DNA of 63,043 nucleotides, counting the filler, from Hyphochytrium catenoides (Eukaryota; Protista; Hyphochytriomycota): assembly GCA_900088475.1 (NCBI GenBank). It is 10 parts of 10 records of this genome, joined end to end, with 100 filler letters (N's around TTAATTAATTAA, not from the genome) between each part and the next. Parts side by side here need not be neighbours in the genome. Positions count along the whole stretch, not along the records: positions 20,813 to 25,485 come from FLMG01003000.1; positions 25,586 to 28,807 come from FLMG01004648.1; positions 28,908 to 42,188 come from FLMG01000336.1; 7 more parts are not named here. One strand, 5' to 3'. Positions 24,811 to 36,202 of this stretch are shown piece by piece (position 1 is the stretch's first letter; each line of letters opens with the position of its first letter). A program made the position numbers and the translations under genes. The notes below the pieces were generated by a model. The model saw only the letters and a list, made by a program, of their open reading frames with translations, had not been told where the DNA came from and made no database searches.

Positions 24811-25431
24811 TTACGCTAACGATGTAAGGGAGAGAGTTTGCGCTGCTCCAACGAGCCCAAGGACGACGATGAACCCAGCATTTGCTGGAGATGGCAGCAA
24901 AGTAGTGGCTGCTGAAGCGGTTGGCGTAGAGGCGGAGTCTGCACTCGCCGAATTGGGGCCTTTGGTGGTTGCAGCTCCGTCCTTGGCTGGCAGGGTTCCA
25001 TTTTTCATAAGAGTGATAAAGGGAGCAGGGTCTTGCTCCTTCATCTCTCCTTGCTCCTTGCCATGGTTGGAATGATCATGCGAAGCCGACTCCGTACCAA
25101 CCCACTCATTGACGCCTTGGGTGCACACCTGGTAGGTCGGAAAGTAGAGCTTAGTCCCGTCCTCTCCACCTGGGAGCTTGAGCTGGAGCCCAAAGTCGTC
25201 ATAGTGCTGGTCGCTCAGGTTGCCGTTAGACCTGCAGATAATCTATTGTGAGAAGTTCGTAGTGATCGGTCTACGCTAACGAAGGGAAGCCTTTAAAGAC
25301 CGACTCGCGGCACCGAAGCAGTAGAGGTAGCAAACAGTACGGCTGTAGCATGCGTACCAGGTGATGGACTTGACTGCCTTTGCCTGCTCGTCTTTCTGAA
25401 TGCTGATAGTCCAACCAGCAATGGGTCGAGG
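24811..25431 (-). CDS. YcnI/DUF1775-like protein with Ser/Thr/Ala stalk and C-terminal hydrophobic (GPI-like) tail; 5'-partial, exons 25431-25358 and 25231-24811
   Basis: Spliced translation PRPIAGWTISI...VKSITWSNGNLSDQHYDDFGLQLKLP..GTKLYFPTYQVCTQGVNEW...PAPFITL matches the YcnI pattern as recalled (PGW, ITW, F..F..LP, FP..Q.C..G...W, PAP). Confidence 0.8.
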
Positions 25432-26399
25432 CTATGTTCAGACTCTAGTTAGTGCTTGGTTGGAATAGGCGCTAAACAAGATCAGNNNNNNNNNNNNNNN
25501 NNNNNNNNNNNNNNNNNNNNNNNNNNNNNTTAATTAATTAANNNNNNNNNNNNNNNNNNNNNNNNNNNNNNNNNNNNNNNNNNNNCAACTCTATTATTGT
25601 CCTTATGTAGCTTCATCTCTGTGCAAAGACATCAAGAGGTACCACTCACCCCTTGCTGATCTTTCGGGCGGCTGATGAGAAGGTAGACCTATTGCTTTAC
25701 GCCCCGAGCCTGACCGCCACCGGAAGACTCTTCTAGAAAAGTGACTAATGCGGCTGCAATTTTTCTTGTGTGCAGTGCGTCTCCGTGGATAAAGGTCAGC
25801 ACATTCCTCCCCCTTCAACGACCACTTCCTTAGTTTCACCTTTACCTTTAGGTAGGCCCTCTAGAAGTACCTTCTGCGCCGCAGATCCAACATCTCCTCC
25901 GTACGTCTCTCTGCCTGGAAGTACGCTGGAAAGACAGACTTCCGCTCTGTGACCCCGCTCAAAAATAGGTGCCACAAGTGCTGCAGCTGTAGTTCCAGAA
26001 CCCCCAAGGGAAAGTAGTTCTATGAGACGAACAGGTGATGTGTATAGAAAGGCAGGGCGGATAGTGTCAGAGGCGGCTTTAGAACCTTTTATTTTTTAGA
26101 GTATTAGATTAGGATTGCTCCTAACAGTAGTTCCTAGGTGAGGCTAGCGGCATGGATCAGTAGTTTTCTAGCTGAGGAGGAAGAGAGAAAAGAGGGAGGA
26201 GGAGGATGCGTGCAGTTTGTTGCTTGCTGCCGAACAATGTCCGGGACCATCTTGTCTTGTCTTCTGGCTTTCTTATATAAAAGCCAGTAAGTGATAGATG
26301 TCTTTGTTTCTGAAGTGATGGCTGTATGGATAGGGAAGCCTCTAGCGAGCTTACCTTGACACCGGCCCCCGTCCCACCCCCTAGTCACCACTTGTTCTG

Positions 26400-27450
26400 C
26401 CCATAACGGAGGAGGCAGTAGTAGCGCGCGGCGGTTGGGTCGTATCTGCTAGTAGTGAGCTAAGTCCTGACGAGGTGTTGTCAGACTCAGCTGGGGTCCC
26501 GCATCCAATCTCTCTCCCCATTTTCTCTCCTCTTCTCTCTTGTTGTTTACTGATTGAGCCTCCTCCCACGGAGTAGCAATACCATCCGAGACCAGGGCAG
26601 CAATAGCTTTTGCAAGCAAGCCAACTTCAGTCAGCTTGGACGCTCTCGCCGGACGTTTGACAATACAGGTAAAGATTCGGTAGTGGCGGAAGGGTGAGCA
26701 GGGGCAAGAGAAGACCGATGGCAAGCGTCCCGCGCCTTGTCCCAGAGAGCCCAGTAGTCGCCAGCTTGCCACCGAGGGAGAGCCGATGAATCTACTTCTA
26801 CAAGCTAGCGTCTCTGGCCTCCTTGGACGACGGGAGGAGACCAATGAAGGACAGCTTTTGGGAACAGAAGGAGCAGAGACCAAGACGCAGTGGAGTGGAG
26901 AGAAGCGCCAGTAATGAGCAGCAAACAACCGAAGCAAAAAAATAATAACACAGTCGTTTAGTACGATGGACGATGGGATCTTGCGGATAGATGTGCAAGG
27001 GAGCTGATGAACCATGAGAAAAGGAGACGACGACAATCTTGCAGGGAGGAGATAAGAGGAAACCAAGACAGATTGAGGAAGGGTCATCAGGGGGTGAGGA
27101 AGGAGAGGACATAGCTGCGAGGGAAAGACTTGGAGTGGAAACGAAAGAGAGGAAGAGGATGAGAGGCGATGGTGGCCACCGGCGAAGAGAAGAGGAGGAT
27201 CCGGCGAAGCGCCCTGGCAGCCGACCAAGTGGCCCCCAGTCCGGCTGTGCTGCCCATTCACCGGTCTTGCAAGTCAGGATATGTCCGCTCGAATATGTTG
27301 GACGAGTGGCTTAGACGATGAGCGCAAGCTGTTGGTAGAGGACAGAGAATATCTTGAGAGGAATAGGCTGCGCGTAGGTGGCACAGGGGCTGCCGGGACA
27401 GGAACCCAAGTTGGTGATGTCAACCTGCTGGCACGGAGGTGATGTCAACC
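26400..27450 (-). mobile_element. Possible degenerate retroelement ORF1/gag remnant
   Basis: CCHC-like CPCSPFRHYRIFTC in broken frames, next to a Pro/Ser-rich stretch; weak. Confidence 0.2.
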
Positions 27451-28907
27451 TGCTGGCACGGAGGTGATGAGGGAGTGGGAAGAGAAGGGTCAGAAGAAGG
27501 GCGGAGGAGGCGGTCAAAATGAGAGGACGGGGCTGACAGGTGAGAGTTGTTGGAGGAAGTGTACTAGTGGGGTAGTGGGGATGGAAGGTGAGTAAGACGA
27601 GGGGGAGAGTGAGAGGATCCAGCGACAACAGGGGGATCTGGGCCAAGGGCGAGAGCGACGGAAGAGAGGGGAGAACAGAAGTAGGGAAAATGGCATTGGC
27701 ATAGAGCAGAGAGAAAGCGAGGAGCAGAGGAAGAAATAGAACTGAGTCGTCTAGCGCTAGAAGGGCTGGGTGCTAGGCATTTATGGCGCCTGCCGCGGGA
27801 GGAGAGATGAGTTTTTTGGCTTTTTTGTGTCGACGACGGGGACAGAGAAAGGAACAAGAGGAACAGGCAGAGCCGCCGCTGGAAGCGACAGTAGTGGGCA
27901 GCCTGGAAAAAAGAGTGAAGGGAGTCGAATCAGTGAGAGAAGAGCACCTTTCCACCTCCTGTGCTATGTACACGCCGCTGAAGTACAAGTAGAAGATGAT
28001 GGTAGGCAAGAGAGCAGAATCAAGAAGGGGGAACAAGGGGGGTGATATGTGTATAATACTCGTTCTTCGTGATTGACCCACCATCAGGACAGGACGATGG
28101 CCGTGATCTGTACTAGTGAGAAAGAAAGGAGATGATGGTTAGTCTTCTGTCTTCTCCGGGACGTATCGGTCTCGTCTCTTCTAGCTTTCTCTTTTCCTCG
28201 ATAACGTTGATGTTCTCCTTCTCACTATCTCTTTAATGCTTTTCTCCTCACACCGGCTCACACGGAGGCCGATCTGTCGTCCTTGCTAGTACAAATCTCA
28301 GGAGGTTCGATATAAACTTTGGCCGGAGAAGAGGAAGGTCCTCCTTATTAGGATCACAGTGACACCACAGTTACTCCTCCCGTGCGAAGCTCTGTCGGGG
28401 CTAACGGCCCGGCCAACCGAAGTGAAGACTTTGTTAACCCTCCTCACTCTCTTCTCACATATGACATGGTAGTAGCTTGCTCTTTTCTATGAATATAACG
28501 CGTTCGTTCTGTCCTTTTTGCACTATCGAACCTCTATGATGCGACTACCTCTCCTTGACCTCATCTCTGTCTATTTTTATAGCTCCCCTGTCTCTCGTCT
28601 ATCTATCTCAACCTTTCCCCTTTCTCACTCACTCTATCTCTTCACCTCCTCCCTCTTCTCCCTCTCCCTCCTCCCTCTCTCTCCTCCCTCTCTCTCCTCC
28701 TCCTTGTCGCCCTCTTTTCTTCCTCCTCTGTTATTCCTCAAAATTCCTACTTCTATCTCTCCGCCAGTGAGAGAAAAAGGATAAATGGCCAGCCGCAGAG
28801 GGAGTTGNNNNNNNNNNNNNNNNNNNNNNNNNNNNNNNNNNNNNNNNNNNNTTAATTAATTAANNNNNNNNNNNNNNNNNNNNNNNNNNNNNNNNNNNNN
28901 NNNNNNN

Positions 28908-28939
<32 letters not shown>

Positions 28940-29903
28940 CCTCTCCTTCTCTTTCTCTCTCTCTCTCCTCGCACTCCCTTCTCCGCACAATTTCCCTCTC
29001 CCTCACTCTCTCTCTCTTTCTCCATCTCTCTCTCTCTCCGTCTCTCTCTGTCTTTCCTGGTTGGTTCTGATCTCTTTCTTCCCTCTTACAAGTACTCGCT
29101 CTTTCTCTCTCGCTCTGTCTTCCTCTCGGAGATTCTTCTGGTACAAATGTCCCTTTCTTCTTTCTCTCTCATAACTCTGGCTCTCCATTTTTTCCTGTCT
29201 ATTAACTTTCTTTCCTGTTTCTTTCAGTGGCCGAACTCCCGTGTTAAAGCGTGTGACTGACTTCCCAATTATTCGTCTTAGTTTCGAAGGTTTCCTTTCA
29301 TGTCTACAGTCCAGTTACCAAGTAACAAGTAATTACACCTTATACTTGACTTGACAAAGCTACTTGTACTTGTTATCGGCAACAACAACAAGGTCTTATT
29401 ACCAGGAAGAAGCAGCAGAAGAAGAGGAGGAAGAAGGAAATACGAGAGAAGAAGAGACAACAAGAGCGACAAAGCCCGCCTTGGGTCTCTTCATCGACTC
29501 CTCCTCCAGTGCTGCTGCTGCTCCTCCATACGCGTCAGTCATTATAGAGAAAAGCTATTGCCAGCCTACGACCTTACCAGCGATTGATGCGTCGAGTGGT
29601 GCTGTCTCGCTTGCTTGCTTTGAGTCTTCGTGAGTCCTTGTCAGAGGAGGTATGCGCCAAACGCTCATTGCAATGATATGCCTGCAAGAGCCAGGTACGA
29701 ACGGAGGAAGAAAGAAGTATGATAGAGAGGAAGAAGCATCGTAGCCAGAGGAACAAAGTCTGATGCACGTTGTTTGCTTTATACTTTAGGGGAAAAAAAG
29801 GAAGCTTTATTAATGGCTGTTCTCTTCTTGTTCTCCTCACCATGAGGCTTCTGCGCCCTCCATAATAGGAAGCTTCTTGTTACTCAATCAATGCGTCAAT
29901 CTT

Positions 29904-30290
29904 CTACTTTCTTCCAATTCTTATCACAATCTTAGGTGAGCGCCAGGTCTCCTTCTTCATCGGGCCTGCGAGCGCTTTCTGTGCAGTCATCATAAGGTAG
30001 TAAGTGCCATCTGGGACTGGAGTCCACTCATTGGGCTTGTTAACGGAATCCTTCAGCACTGCAGCTTTGTCGTTTCCAGGGGCCCGCCACGGGAAGTTGA
30101 GAGAGAACCTTCCAACCCTCTTGGGAACATATCTGTCATAAGCCACGAAGCCCATTAGCTGGCCATTCTGGATCTTGTGCAGCGTGATCGTTATGAGTGA
30201 TGAGGGATGAAGAATGTGAGTTCGGACGACCGGGAAATCTTGAGTCTCCTCGTTGAAAGTGAAAGTGGCTGTTTCGTTTGGAGATTGGTA
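29904..30290 (-). pseudogene. 5'-deleted inverted paralog of the subtilisin gene (last ~128 codons only)
   Basis: Reverse complement aligns to 35816-36202 (YQSPNETATFTF...WRSPKIVIRIGRK*). No catalytic region and no native start. Confidence 0.92.
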
Positions 30291-30419
30291 GAAAGCTCGG
30301 CCTGATCACAGGTGAGTCAGGCACCCATCCCAACCCATTCCCTGGATTAAGTGAACGACTAGAAGGCAAAACATTTGTACTGGAAGGGTAATAAAACACT
30401 ATGATATGAAGTGGCATTC

Positions 30420-31800
30420 GCCAGTCTGACTACCATCTGACTGCATCATGCGGGCATGAACGGAAGTACCAGGAAATGGATCTAGAGGGCACCGTTGTAG
30501 AGTAGAGGGGCGCAGCTACCCGCAGTCGCGCAGGAGAGAGGGGATCGTCCCCGGTGGTCACCTTTCTACGATTATAACCCTGCCGCCGTGTCATCAGCTG
30601 GCTGCCTTTGCGTAGAATATGGAAAGTTCCTTGCTCCCATTATATTGATTGGTCCTACGGCCACGTACTAACCAAGTGCCACGGTGAGTTTTCAAGTACC
30701 CCTACTACCTCTATATCGTGCTGTTGAAAAATTATGGCAAAGCTGCGGTCTGGCCACTTGCTGGATGCCTTTCCTTCCCACACCTCTACTTTTGTCAGGA
30801 GAATCTGCCTGTAGAACTACTCATGACATGATGTTGAGAACAACTGCCATTATCAGTATCTACACCTGATGATGGCGACTGAGAAAGAGCCCGACTCGCC
30901 TAGCTTCGCTTGGATTCCAGAGAAAGACTAGACTTGCTGTTTTGGAAGATTCACCATCCTCGCTACCTCTACTACGAACTACCGACTACTCCATTGATTC
31001 TATTTATCTACGAAAAAGCTTTTACTGAAGAAGAACGGGCACTGGGGTTTTCTGAAGATAATCAGTAGGCACTGACTACGAGTGCTGACTACCGATCCTC
31101 CTTATCAGTACGCAACACCCATCGCCATCCTGACTGTAGATCTACGAGTACCTGACTGCATCATGCGATCATGAACGTGCTGTACGGGAAATTGGATCGT
31201 GGGAGCCATTGTAGAGTAGAGTATTGCCGGGTGCACCCCACCCACATTCAAATGCCTCGTTTGTATGGTGCAGGGAAGGGATCGTCTCGCACCACCGCCC
31301 TACATTTCTATAAAAAATAGCCTTGCCGCCATGTCATCAGCTGGATGTCTTTGCGTGTGATGAGGTCCCTTGCTCCCATCAGATTGATCGATCCTACCAC
31401 TACAACGTAATAGCCAAGTACCACGGTGCGTATCACCCCTACTACCTCTATAACTTGCCGTTATTACCTCCTATAGAACTAGATATTAATCAAGCTGTGA
31501 CGTCTAGAACTTTAGCAGGGGGTAATAGAAGGGTGTGCCAATACAATAGAACTAGTCACCTTGATCTGATGATACAAAAAGCCACTAGTGTATCTACACC
31601 TCATGATGAGGACTGACAGTCCACGTCCTCCGGCCCCGCCTGAAGTTGGGACGTGCCTTTATTATGGTGGAGAAATAAGATCCTACTTCTTACTACTCAT
31701 CTACTATTATTAGCTTAGGATAAAACAGTATCGCTGGTACTGACTACAAGTGTCCAGTGCTGGCTACGGATCCTACTAGTACTGTACGCAGCACCATGTC
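30420..31800 (+). repeat. Diverged tandem direct repeat, two ~700-bp units (~30420-31140 and ~31140-31800)
   Basis: Collinear shared blocks: ctgactgcatcatgcg, ttgtagagtagag, tgccgcc(g/a)tgtcatcagctgg, ccttgctcccat, tatctacacct, actgactac. Confidence 0.8.
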
Positions 31801-33511
31801 TGAGAAATGTAGTCTTTCATCAGGACCCGATGGGTTGAAAGGGTCACAAAAGCAGAATTTCTTTGAAGGGAAGAGTAGAGGAAGAGCTCGAAAGAAGAAA
31901 GAGCAGCCTTTTCCACTTTATCATGGACGTGTATCCAGTGCGGTACGTGCCTACTGTACTCCGTGGAAGACTATAACAGATATCCGTCATCAGATGCGCC
32001 GCCGGGGTGGAGATGGGTGAGATGAGAAGATATCAACACCCAGTTTACTATGAATAAAAGGGAGATGAGACTGAAGTGGAGTTCAGGAACAGTAAAACGG
32101 TAGAAGGACGTTCTCAGAGGTTTTCGCATCTTATAGTAGTTCTACTCTTGGCATAAAAGTTAGATCATCCCTTCTCTGCAGGATACAAACGAGGTAATTG
32201 AATGTAGGTGGGTGCGCCCTTTAGAACTACTCTACAAACCCCCAGCGATACAATTTCCAGTACAGCATGTTCATGATTGTATGATGCAGTCAGGAGGTAC
32301 AGTCAGGACGGCGCGATGTAGCGTACTGTTAAGGAAGATCCGTAGTCAACACTCGTGAACAGTGCCTACTGCTTATCTCTAGTAAAACCCTTTTTCTAGA
32401 AGAATAGAAATAATGGAGAAGTCAGTAGTAGTAGAGGTAGAAGGATGTCTAATCTTCCAAAAAGTCTAGTCTTTTTCTGATATCCAGGCGAAGCTAGACG
32501 GTCGGGCTCCCTCTCAGTCCTCATCAGAAGGTGTAGTTCTACATACGAGTGGCGGTTCCCAACATCAGATCATGAGTACAGTAGTACTGCTGGCAGATCC
32601 TCCTAATAAAAGTAGAGGTGTGGCGAAAGGCCATCCACCCAAGTGGCCAGACCACAGCTTTGCCATAGTTAGCAGCACGATATAGAAGTAGCAGAGATAC
32701 TTTATACGCAAAGGCAGCCAGGTGATTACCGAGGACGAACCCCTCTCTCCTGCGCGGCTGCGGGTAGCTGTGCCCCTCTACTATACATTGTCGCCCTCTA
32801 GATCCATTTCCTGGTACTTATGTTCATGGCGGCGTGATGCAGTCAGATAATAGCCAGGATGGCGAATGGCACTTCATATCATGGTGTTACATTGTCCTTC
32901 CAGTTCAATCTTTTGCCTTCAAGTCGTTATTCTTGTCCAGGAACGGGTTGGGATGGGCGCCTGACTCACGGGGGAGCTTTCTAGTGCATTAGGGTTCAAC
33001 TTCATCTGATGATCACCTGTTGCACTCTGAAGGGTCCAGTCGGCATCTAGATCGCGCTTGTCTTATAAAGAACTGCGTCGCACCTATAAGGGGACCGGCT
33101 CGTCCAGTATCTGATAATGATATGAACACCAAAGAGAGCTGCCGTTGTTTTGCCAACCGATACCAGGCCATTCTTTAGCTTCGCATCCTTTACATTATGT
33201 CCATGTCCTTCAGGAAGGTCCACGAGAGAGGAGGAGCCTCAGCCTCCGTCAGTGATCACTCTTCTTGAATAAGGAAGTTATTGGTTAATGGTATGCAGCT
33301 GGCACAACCCCACCGCCGCCGCCGTCTGCTGCTCCTCATTCTAGCAATTTCCAAACATCAGGAAGCTGAGGTCACAAAAGTCTATCGCAGAGGCTCATCT
33401 TGTGCGAACAAGGCTCAAGAAACACCTTCAAGAAGCAGGACAGAGCAGCTAGCAAAGGAACCTTCGTAATAGGAAGGGCCTCGTAGCGACATCTTTACCG
33501 GAACTCCCATT

Positions 33512-36202
33512 ATGAAAATCCCGACTCTAGTAACGCTTGGGTTGGTGGCAGCTAGCCTTGCGGTGGAAGCAGCGGGCAGCAAGTCGGCTCCACCTTCAGG
33601 CAGGACACTTTCCCAGCTCACCGATAGCACCATCAAGAACTCCGTTATCGTCGAGTTCAAGTCGAGCCCTTCAATTCTTGGAGGCAGCCCACAGACGATG
33701 GAAGAAGAGAGAAAGGAGTTTCTGGCGGCTTTGGACGCAAAGGGAATCAAGTACGAAGTCCGCACGGTTTTTGGTTCGGTGATTAATGGCATCTCTCTGA
33801 ACTTTAAAAACTCTGCCGATATCTCCGCAGTGGCAAATCTTACCGCTAGCGTTGACAACGTCTCTCAGAACTTCATCATCACTAAATCGGGTCAAGGAAG
33901 CGCAGTCGTCGTGGATAAAGCTACAGCCATTCCGCAGCTGAAGTTTGCTCATAACAGAACAGCAGTGAACCAGGTTCACACGAATTTGAACATAACTGGC
34001 AAAGGAGTAAAGGTGGGCATCATTGACAGCGGCATCGACTACACCCATCCTGCCTTTGGGGCCTGTCAGAAGATAGGAGAGGGATGTCGAGTGGCGTACG
34101 GTTATGACTTTGTCGGAGATGACTACGATCCCAGCTCTGACGACCCAGAGAAATGGATTCCGAAGCCTGGGGATGATCCTCGTGACTGCGACGGTCACGG
34201 CACGCATGTTGCTGGCATCGTTGGGGGAAAAGACGGTGAATTTGTTGGCGTCGCTCCAGAAGTGACGTTTGGAGCCTACAGGGTCTTTGGCTGCGCTTCT
34301 TATGGTCTTGACAATGACCTCGTCCTTGCGGCACTTGAGCGGGCCTTCAAAGATGGCATGAACATTATCAACTTATCACTGGGCACCTCCTCCATCCCAT
34401 GGGGGCAGTCTGTTATTGGTAAGGCAGTCAACCGTTTAGCAAGCAATTTGGTGGTGGTCGTCTCCGCCCTGGGAAATGATGGTGCGGATGGCTTGTGGAG
34501 TGCTGGCGATACTGGGAGCGCTACCTATGGACTGGGTGTTGCTGCTTCTGAAAATGACTTCTACTTAGAGTATACCTTCAGAGCCTCTCCTGATAACAAG
34601 GAGACAGAGTACGACATGGATCCGAAGGACCGTGAGCTCCTCAAGGACGGTGAGCTGATGGTATCAAACACGGATATGGAGGTTAAGGACGATGGATGCG
34701 CTCCCTACCCTAGTTCTACATTTACCGGCAAGATAGCCCTCATTCGACGAGGAACCTGCCCATTTACAAACAAAGCGCTCCATGCCCAAGCAGCTGGCGC
34801 TATTGCTGTCATCATATATAACAATAGGCCCGAGGCTCTAAGGGGGATCCTGGCTGTTCACGAAGACCTCCACATCCCAGTGGCTGGCATTTCCGGGAAG
34901 GATGGTGAAGAGCTTGTGCGAAGGAGCAAGACTGCACCAGTGACGGTGCAATGGTCTAAAACTCGCAGTACCTTTCCTAATAATCCTCTTGCAGGTCAGG
35001 TGGCGGACTTCAGCTCTTGGGGCATGACTGCCGAACTCGACATCAAGCCAGAAGTGACAGCTCCTGGTGCACTCGTATTCTCGTCCATACCACTTTCCAT
35101 GGGAGGTTATGCCACTTGGTCAGGAACATCAATGGCTACGCCTTACGTATCAGGGGTGGCAGCGCTCTATCTCAACAGGGACGGCAAGACGGTCAGAAGA
35201 GTTGCGCCTGGAAAGATGAAGCAGATCTTGATGAACAATGCTGTTCCTATCAATTTGTTGGATGGAGGCATGTCCGCTCCCGTAGCCCGCCAAGGCGCTG
35301 GGTTAGTTAATGCCTTCCAGGCGGTGCAGGGTAGCACGCTTGTCTGGCCCTTCGCCCTAAAGTTAGGGGACGACCGAGTGGGCCAGACAACGATTGCCAG
35401 GACACTTTACGTCAGGAATGCGGGCAACATACAGATGAAGTACAGTCTCAGCCACCTTCCGGCCGCATCTGTGAACGGTACCGTCAGTGAGGAACCTACA
35501 CTGGACACGAGATATTCCGCGGTAGTGATAACACCGTCAACGCTGGAACTGGCGCCGTTCGCGATGGCGACTGTGAAAATCACAATCTCCCCTAACGCCA
35601 CTATGCCAGCCCAGGAGCGGTGGCTGTACTCTGGATACATCAAGGTCGATCCCGTAGCTCCACCTGCGACTCAAAGCTCGAGATACAACCCTGTCTTCGT
35701 CCCTTACGCGGGACTCAAAGGCGACTACACTGGCTACCCCGTGCTTCCTACGGGAGAAGCAGCTCCCTTTCTCGTAAGTGAAGGACAGTGGTTGGCTGCA
35801 GATGACCCCACCATTTACCAATCTCCAAACGAAACAGCCACATTCACTTTCAGAGAGGAGACTAAAGACTTCCCGGTCATCCGAACTCGTATTCTTCATC
35901 CCTCACCCCTCATAACGATCACGCTGCACAAGATCCAGAATGGCCAGCAAATGGGCTTCATGGCTTATGACAGATATGTTCCCAAGAGGGTCGGAAGGTC
36001 CTCTATCTCCTTCCCCTGGCGGGCCCCTGGAGAGGTTAAGGCTGCAGTGCTGAAGGATCCCGTTAACAAGCCCAATGAATGGACTCCAGTCCCAGACGGC
36101 ACTTACTACCTTGTGATGACTGCACAGAAAGCGCTCGCAGGCCCGATGAAGAAGGAGACCTGGCGCTCCCCTAAGATTGTGATAAGAACTGGAAGAAAGT
36201 AG
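33512..36202 (+). CDS. Secreted subtilisin-like serine protease (S8A) with propeptide, PA domain and Fn3-like C-terminal region; single exon, 896 aa
   Basis: Signal peptide MKIPTLVTLGLVAASLAVEA. Triad motifs GIIDSGIDY, DGHGTHVAG, SGTSMATP. PA motif GKIALIRRGTCPFTNKALHAQAAGA. QGAGLVNA. Confidence 0.96.
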   Translation: MKIPTLVTLGLVAASLAVEAAGSKSAPPSGRTLSQLTDSTIKNSVIVEFKSSPSILGGSPQTMEEERKEFLAALDAKGIKYEVRTVFGSVINGISLNFKNSADISAVANLTASVDNVSQNFIITKSGQGSAVVVDKATAIPQLKFAHNRTAVNQVHTNLNITGKGVKVGIIDSGIDYTHPAFGACQKIGEGCRVAYGYDFVGDDYDPSSDDPEKWIPKPGDDPRDCDGHGTHVAGIVGGKDGEFVGVAPEVTFGAYRVFGCASYGLDNDLVLAALERAFKDGMNIINLSLGTSSIPWGQSVIGKAVNRLASNLVVVVSALGNDGADGLWSAGDTGSATYGLGVAASENDFYLEYTFRASPDNKETEYDMDPKDRELLKDGELMVSNTDMEVKDDGCAPYPSSTFTGKIALIRRGTCPFTNKALHAQAAGAIAVIIYNNRPEALRGILAVHEDLHIPVAGISGKDGEELVRRSKTAPVTVQWSKTRSTFPNNPLAGQVADFSSWGMTAELDIKPEVTAPGALVFSSIPLSMGGYATWSGTSMATPYVSGVAALYLNRDGKTVRRVAPGKMKQILMNNAVPINLLDGGMSAPVARQGAGLVNAFQAVQGSTLVWPFALKLGDDRVGQTTIARTLYVRNAGNIQMKYSLSHLPAASVNGTVSEEPTLDTRYSAVVITPSTLELAPFAMATVKITISPNATMPAQERWLYSGYIKVDPVAPPATQSSRYNPVFVPYAGLKGDYTGYPVLPTGEAAPFLVSEGQWLAADDPTIYQSPNETATFTFREETKDFPVIRTRILHPSPLITITLHKIQNGQQMGFMAYDRYVPKRVGRSSISFPWRAPGEVKAAVLKDPVNKPNEWTPVPDGTYYLVMTAQKALAGPMKKETWRSPKIVIRTGRK

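Noticed and set aside
28300-28430. HDV-like ribozyme (tac-tcctccc-gtg loop followed by a GC stem)
   Set aside because: P1 has a mismatch, the GG for P1.1 is missing and P2 does not pair; a covariance-model search would be needed.
30860-32530. Hammerhead ribozyme cores (ctgatga plus stem) in the 700-bp units
   Set aside because: No GAAA follows the putative stem II in any copy.
16144-35899. Antisense or overlapping ORFs within the PAPSS, TRPV and subtilisin genes
   Set aside because: They are shadow frames of real coding sequence with no motifs of their own.
791-36202. Alternative genetic code or non-canonical introns
   Set aside because: Conserved genes end at TAA or TAG where expected, and the introns I traced are GT-AG.
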